This document shows, piece by piece, positions 62,332 to 64,000 of a stretch of 64,000 bases of DNA. Numbering within the stretch: the stretch's first letter is position 1; each line of letters starts with the position of its first letter. Source of the stretch: a virus. The position numbers were made by a program, and so were the translations under genes. A model generated the notes under the pieces. That model did no database searches. It saw only the letters and a list, made by a program, of their open reading frames with translations, and was not told the origin of the DNA. The DNA lies in the UHGV virus genome UHGV-0134996; one strand, 5' to 3'.

Positions 62332-62766
62332 ATGTCTGACGTCTCAACAAACCTCTATAAGAGTCAGTTGTTGGACTATTACTATCAGCGGCGCGCTGAA
62401 TCGTCCATTAACAAAGGCTCTCGATTTTTAATCAGCAAGGCCGTTTTCGGTACCAGTTCACTGGTTACTAAGAAAGGAGATGGCACTTATGAGATTGGAG
62501 AACTGCCAAAGGCTTTCGATCTGGCAGAACTGACCAGTCAATTTTGCACCATCAACCTCGTTCCAACCTACTCAGGCGGGATAATTACTGTCCGAATGGA
62601 CCTTGATCAAAGTCAGTTGCAGGAAGGGAAAAACTACCCATTCAACACTCTGGTTGTTCTGGATAACGAGAATAAGCCAATCGCCATTATTTGTGTCCAA
62701 GAAGACTCGCTGTATGTGGGCAAAACATATACCGCAGTTATGGCCATAAACTCGACTACAGCATAA
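62332..62766 (+). CDS. Tail-fibre operon first gene (R-like)
   Basis: 144 aa immediately upstream of fibre gene. Confidence 0.45.
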   Translation: MSDVSTNLYKSQLLDYYYQRRAESSINKGSRFLISKAVFGTSSLVTKKGDGTYEIGELPKAFDLAELTSQFCTINLVPTYSGGIITVRMDLDQSQLQEGKNYPFNTLVVLDNENKPIAIICVQEDSLYVGKTYTAVMAINSTTA

Positions 62767-62777
62767 GGATATGCTTG

Positions 62778-64000
62778 ATGAATGACGTTACAGTTGTTAC
62801 ATCGGTTACTTACCCATCACCCGAGTCGTTGGCTCTGGTGGCTGATGTGCAATACCACGAACCATATCTGTCAGCCGCTCTAAACCGAAAATTCAGGGGA
62901 ATTGTTGACCCAGGATTTTATGCTGGTTTCTTGCCTAAGCCTGGCGGTGGAATGAACCTGTTAATCACCTCAGTGGATGGAGATAAAACCGCTGGCGCGG
63001 CGTCAGTGGATATTGGTGAATTCTACCAGGTAACTATTCAGCATCGTAAGGATATCTCTCTTGCACTTAACGCAGGCAAGAAATATGCAATTGTGCTGAA
63101 GGGAAGATACCTTCTTGGAGAAGATACCTATCAGGTGAATACCGCGTCACATATTCATGCAGCTGAATTTGTTGCCAGAACCTATACCGATTCATATCAG
63201 TTAGGTGATGGGGAACTGCTGGTTTGTACGGTGAATATCCCTGCTGGCGTATCTACCATTACTCAAGAGATGATTGATACATCCGAGCGTATCAACCGCA
63301 CGATCGGCATTGATATTTCAGACTCTGTAACCAGTACCAGAAGTGATGTTGCTGCGAGTTCGCTGGCAGTTAAAAAAGCCTACGATCTGGCGAAAAGCAA
63401 GTATACGGCGCAGGATGCAAGCACAACGCAAAAGGGATTAGTTCAGCTCAGTAGTGCCACTAACAGTACGTCCGAAGTGCTGGCCGCCACACCGAAAGCT
63501 GTCAAGGCTGCATATGATTTGGCTAACGGGAAGTATACAGCCCAGGATGCAACCACGACACAAAAAGGGATAGTTCAGCTCAGTAGCGACACCAACAGCA
63601 CTTCTGAAACATTAGCTGCAACTCCAAAAGCGGTTAAAGCTGCATACGATCTAGCAGCCGGAAAGGCACCATCCAGTCATACACATCCCTGGAATCAGAT
63701 CACTGGTGTGCCAACAGCTTCATTGACAGCGAAAGGCATCACTCAGCTCAGTAGTGCCACTAACAGTACGTCCGAAGTGCTGGCCGCCACACCGAAAGCT
63801 GTCAAGGCTGCATATGATTTGGCTAATGGAAAGCAAGCGGCAGACGCTACGCTCACTGCTCTAGCGGCACTAGCTACAGCAGCAGATAAACTCCCTTATT
63901 TCACAGGTGTTGATCGTGCCGCGTTAACTGCATTGACAAGTGTTGGACGCGCCATTCTTGGTAAGACCAGTATTCAGAGCGTTCTTGATTACCTTGGTTT
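62778..64000 (+). CDS. Tail fibre protein (S-like), N-terminal part; continues past window end
   Basis: Tandem phage tail-fibre repeats (TQKG[IL]VQLSS.TNSTSE.LAATPKAVKAAYDLA) and THPWNQITG motif. Confidence 0.85.
   Translation, partial: MNDVTVVTSVTYPSPESLALVADVQYHEPYLSAALNRKFRGIVDPGFYAGFLPKPGGGMNLLITSVDGDKTAGAASVDIGEFYQVTIQHRKDISLALNAGKKYAIVLKGRYLLGEDTYQVNTASHIHAAEFVARTYTDSYQLGDGELLVCTVNIPAGVSTITQEMIDTSERINRTIGIDISDSVTSTRSDVAASSLAVKKAYDLAKSKYTAQDASTTQKGLVQLSSATNSTSEVLAATPKAVKAAYDLANGKYTAQDATTTQKGIVQLSSDTNSTSETLAATPKAVKAAYDLAAGKAPSSHTHPWNQITGVPTASLTAKGITQLSSATNSTSEVLAATPKAVKAAYDLANGKQAADATLTALAALATAADKLPYFTGVDRAALTALTSVGRAILGKTSIQSVLDYLG
63444..63826 (+). repeat. Tandem tail-fibre coding repeats
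   Basis: Exact 83-bp copies at 63444-63526 and 63744-63826 plus a diverged copy near 63590. Confidence 0.8.

Overview
This window reads as a contiguous segment of a P1-like temperate phage-plasmid (myovirus that replicates as a plasmid), not a lambdoid prophage. No database search was possible; all family assignments rest on motifs read from the sequence and recalled P1 biology. Backbone, in window order: a partial immI-like antirepressor module (icd-ant, copy 1); terminase pacB/pacA with an internal GATC-rich pac site; lpa-like and pdcA/pdcB-like genes; doc/phd; humD with a LexA box; hot; a ~14 kb lambdoid-like accessory island on the minus strand (7.6-21.8 kb); a six-gene plus-strand operon with baseplate-like proteins; a GT4-like glycosyltransferase; ban (DnaB-like helicase); three tRNAs (CAU, Thr, Asn) with tRNA-like hairpin repeats; dmt (fused C5-cytosine/N6-adenine methyltransferase); hrdC (RdgC homolog); an overlapped spanin pair; oriR-repA-iterons; a T5orf172-like insertion; parA-parB-parS; head, sheath and tail genes; hok/mok; rlfA-repL-kilA; a complete immI-like module (c4-icd-ant, copy 2); secreted sim-like proteins; sit (transglycosylase tape-measure-like protein); and the start of the tail-fibre operon. 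A 17-mer matching the P1 C1-repressor operator recurs at least ten times at operon boundaries. The best candidate for an undescribed system is a C1-operator-flanked cluster of cytoplasmic glycosyltransferases (two GT42/MAF-like paralogues and a GT8-like enzyme) with two phosphatases inside the accessory island; its function is unproven. No integrase, attachment site, CRISPR array or rRNA was found.
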